Assembly (NCBI GenBank): GCA_964416035.1
Contig: CAYQCQ010000001.1
Location: 1-52,749, forward strand
Direction: 5' to 3'
DNA from: an uncultured Candidatus Bathyarchaeia archaeon
Lineage (GTDB): Archaea > Thermoproteota > Bathyarchaeia > 40CM-2-53-6 > JALHTG01
DNA length: 52,749 nucleotides
Within the stretch, counting starts at the first letter, position 1; the number at the start of each line of letters is the position of its first letter. The notes beneath the pieces are model-generated. The model was not told the DNA's origin, did no database searches, and saw nothing but the letters and a program-made list of their open reading frames with translations. Position numbers and translations under genes: made by a program. Shown here one piece after another: positions 51,618-52,749 of the stretch.

Positions 51618-52749
51618 GTGGTGTCACGTCTGTCCCGGCTTTTGAAGGAAACGAAGAGCCTATGCCCAGAATGCCTAGCAGTCATCGACGCAAAGGTGCT
51701 GGAGGACAAAGGAGCAGTCAAGATAGTCAAGGCCTGCAGCGAACACGGTCCCTTCGAGGACACATACTGGTCGGACTATGAGCAGTACGCGAGGTTCGAG
51801 AAGTATGAATGGGTAGGCGACGGCATCTCAAACCCGCGGACGAAGACAGTGAAGGCATGTCCATACGACTGCGGCATATGCCCAGAGCACAAGTCTCAGA
51901 CAGTTCTGGCAATAATCGATATCACAAACAGATGCAACATGAGATGCCCCGTATGCTTTGCGAATGCTGCTGTAACAGGCTACGTCTACGAGCCGACTCG
52001 TGAACAGATTGAAGAAATGCTGAGAAACCTGCGACGGAACACGCCAATAGCTCCTACAGCTCTTCAGTTCAGCGGCGGCGAGCCGACCATACGAGAGGAC
52101 TTGCCAGAACTGGCCCGGAAGGCAAAGGAGTTGGGCTTCGACCACGTAGAGGTCAACACAAATGGCATCAAGATATCTCAAAGCGCAGGCTACATCAAAG
52201 AGCTTATGGAAGCCGGCGTCGACACGTTCTACCTTCAGTTCGATGGCTTGGACGATGATGTCTACCGCAAGACTAGGGGCGTACCGCTTCTCGATGTCAA
52301 GATGAAAGCCATAGAGAATGCGCGGAAGGCCGGGCTGGACAGCATGGTTCTTGTACCGACCCTGGTGAGAGGAGTGAACGACCAGGAGATAGGTGACCTC
52401 ATCCGCTTCGCTGCAGAGAACCATGACGTGATCCGCGGGGTGAATTTCCAACCGGTCTCGATCTGTGGAAGAATTGACCGATCAAAGCTTAGAGAGATGA
52501 GGATAACCATAAGCGACTTCCTAAGGCTTGCTGAGCAGCAAACTAACGGCGAGCTCAAAGCCTCGGATTTCTATCCGGTTCCAGTAGTCGTGCCAGTTGC
52601 GAAAGCAGTTGGCTCGCTCAAAGGAAGGCGGTACTCAGAGTTCACGGCACATCAACACTGTGGCGCTGCAACATTCATACTCGTAGAGAACGGTAAGATA
52701 ACTCCGATCACCAAATTTGTCAACGTGGACAAGTTCATGGATTCTATGC
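51618..52749 (+). CDS. tes: radical-SAM tetraether lipid synthase (Tes/GDGT-MAS, COG1964-like), N-terminal about 377 aa; the gene runs off the right edge
   Basis: - From my own translation, because the ORF has no stop in the window and is therefore absent from the track.
- It reads (V)VSRLSRLLKETKSLCPECLAVIDAKV...CSEHGPFEDTYWSDYEQY...CPYDCGICPEH...IDITNRCNMRCPVCFAN (CX3CX2C at 51933-51956)...QFSGGEPT.
- The start is GTG 51618/51621 or TTG 51642.
- The TATA-like TTTATA lies at 51572-51577. Confidence 0.8.
   Translation, partial: MVSRLSRLLKETKSLCPECLAVIDAKVLEDKGAVKIVKACSEHGPFEDTYWSDYEQYARFEKYEWVGDGISNPRTKTVKACPYDCGICPEHKSQTVLAIIDITNRCNMRCPVCFANAAVTGYVYEPTREQIEEMLRNLRRNTPIAPTALQFSGGEPTIREDLPELARKAKELGFDHVEVNTNGIKISQSAGYIKELMEAGVDTFYLQFDGLDDDVYRKTRGVPLLDVKMKAIENARKAGLDSMVLVPTLVRGVNDQEIGDLIRFAAENHDVIRGVNFQPVSICGRIDRSKLREMRITISDFLRLAEQQTNGELKASDFYPVPVVVPVAKAVGSLKGRRYSEFTAHQHCGAATFILVENGKITPITKFVNVDKFMDSM

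Noticed and set aside
1-52749. I looked for a mobile element, a genomic island or a CRISPR array.
   Set aside because: - There is no transposase, integrase, phage-like gene, terminal inverted repeat or regularly spaced repeat array.
- The gene content is largely core housekeeping.
- I could not compute GC skew or k-mer deviation by hand, so compositional islands are untested.

Overview
This window is an archaeal chromosomal segment. The markers are TATA-binding protein, archaeal DnaG, two-subunit archaeal PheRS, type-2 MetAP, archaeal signal peptidase, TrmB/PadR regulators, a Tes-like tetraether-lipid radical-SAM gene, and an orphan 5S rRNA. I cannot place the lineage from sequence alone.

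The window holds about 50 densely packed genes, mostly housekeeping. I saw no transposase, integrase, CRISPR array or tRNA.

Four loci stand out from the housekeeping background:
1. 5337-8685: a tightly coupled operon with a short (661 aa), hingeless SMC ATPase whose head motifs look Smc5/6-like, followed by a ScpA/kleisin-like gene and a ScpB/KITE-like gene. It lies directly downstream of an Lhr-type helicase.
2. 32657-39031: a GlmL/MutL-like actin-fold ATPase and a barrel-sandwich protein, followed by four membrane proteins I cannot place in any family.
3. 27505-32175: a ChlI/ChlD-like AAA+/vWA pair. The ChlD homologue carries transmembrane helices in its linker, and no ChlH/CobN subunit is nearby.
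4. 48139-51535: a TrmB / GalT-like / kinase-fold-like trio.

I also found several items that are not in the ORF track:
- an approximately 290-nt structured RNA candidate near the 5S gene
- a decayed DHH/RecJ-like gene remnant
- a 57-aa membrane ORF
- two genes that run off the window edges
- candidate operators for an RHH regulator and for PadR

All family assignments come from reading motifs by eye. No database search was run.
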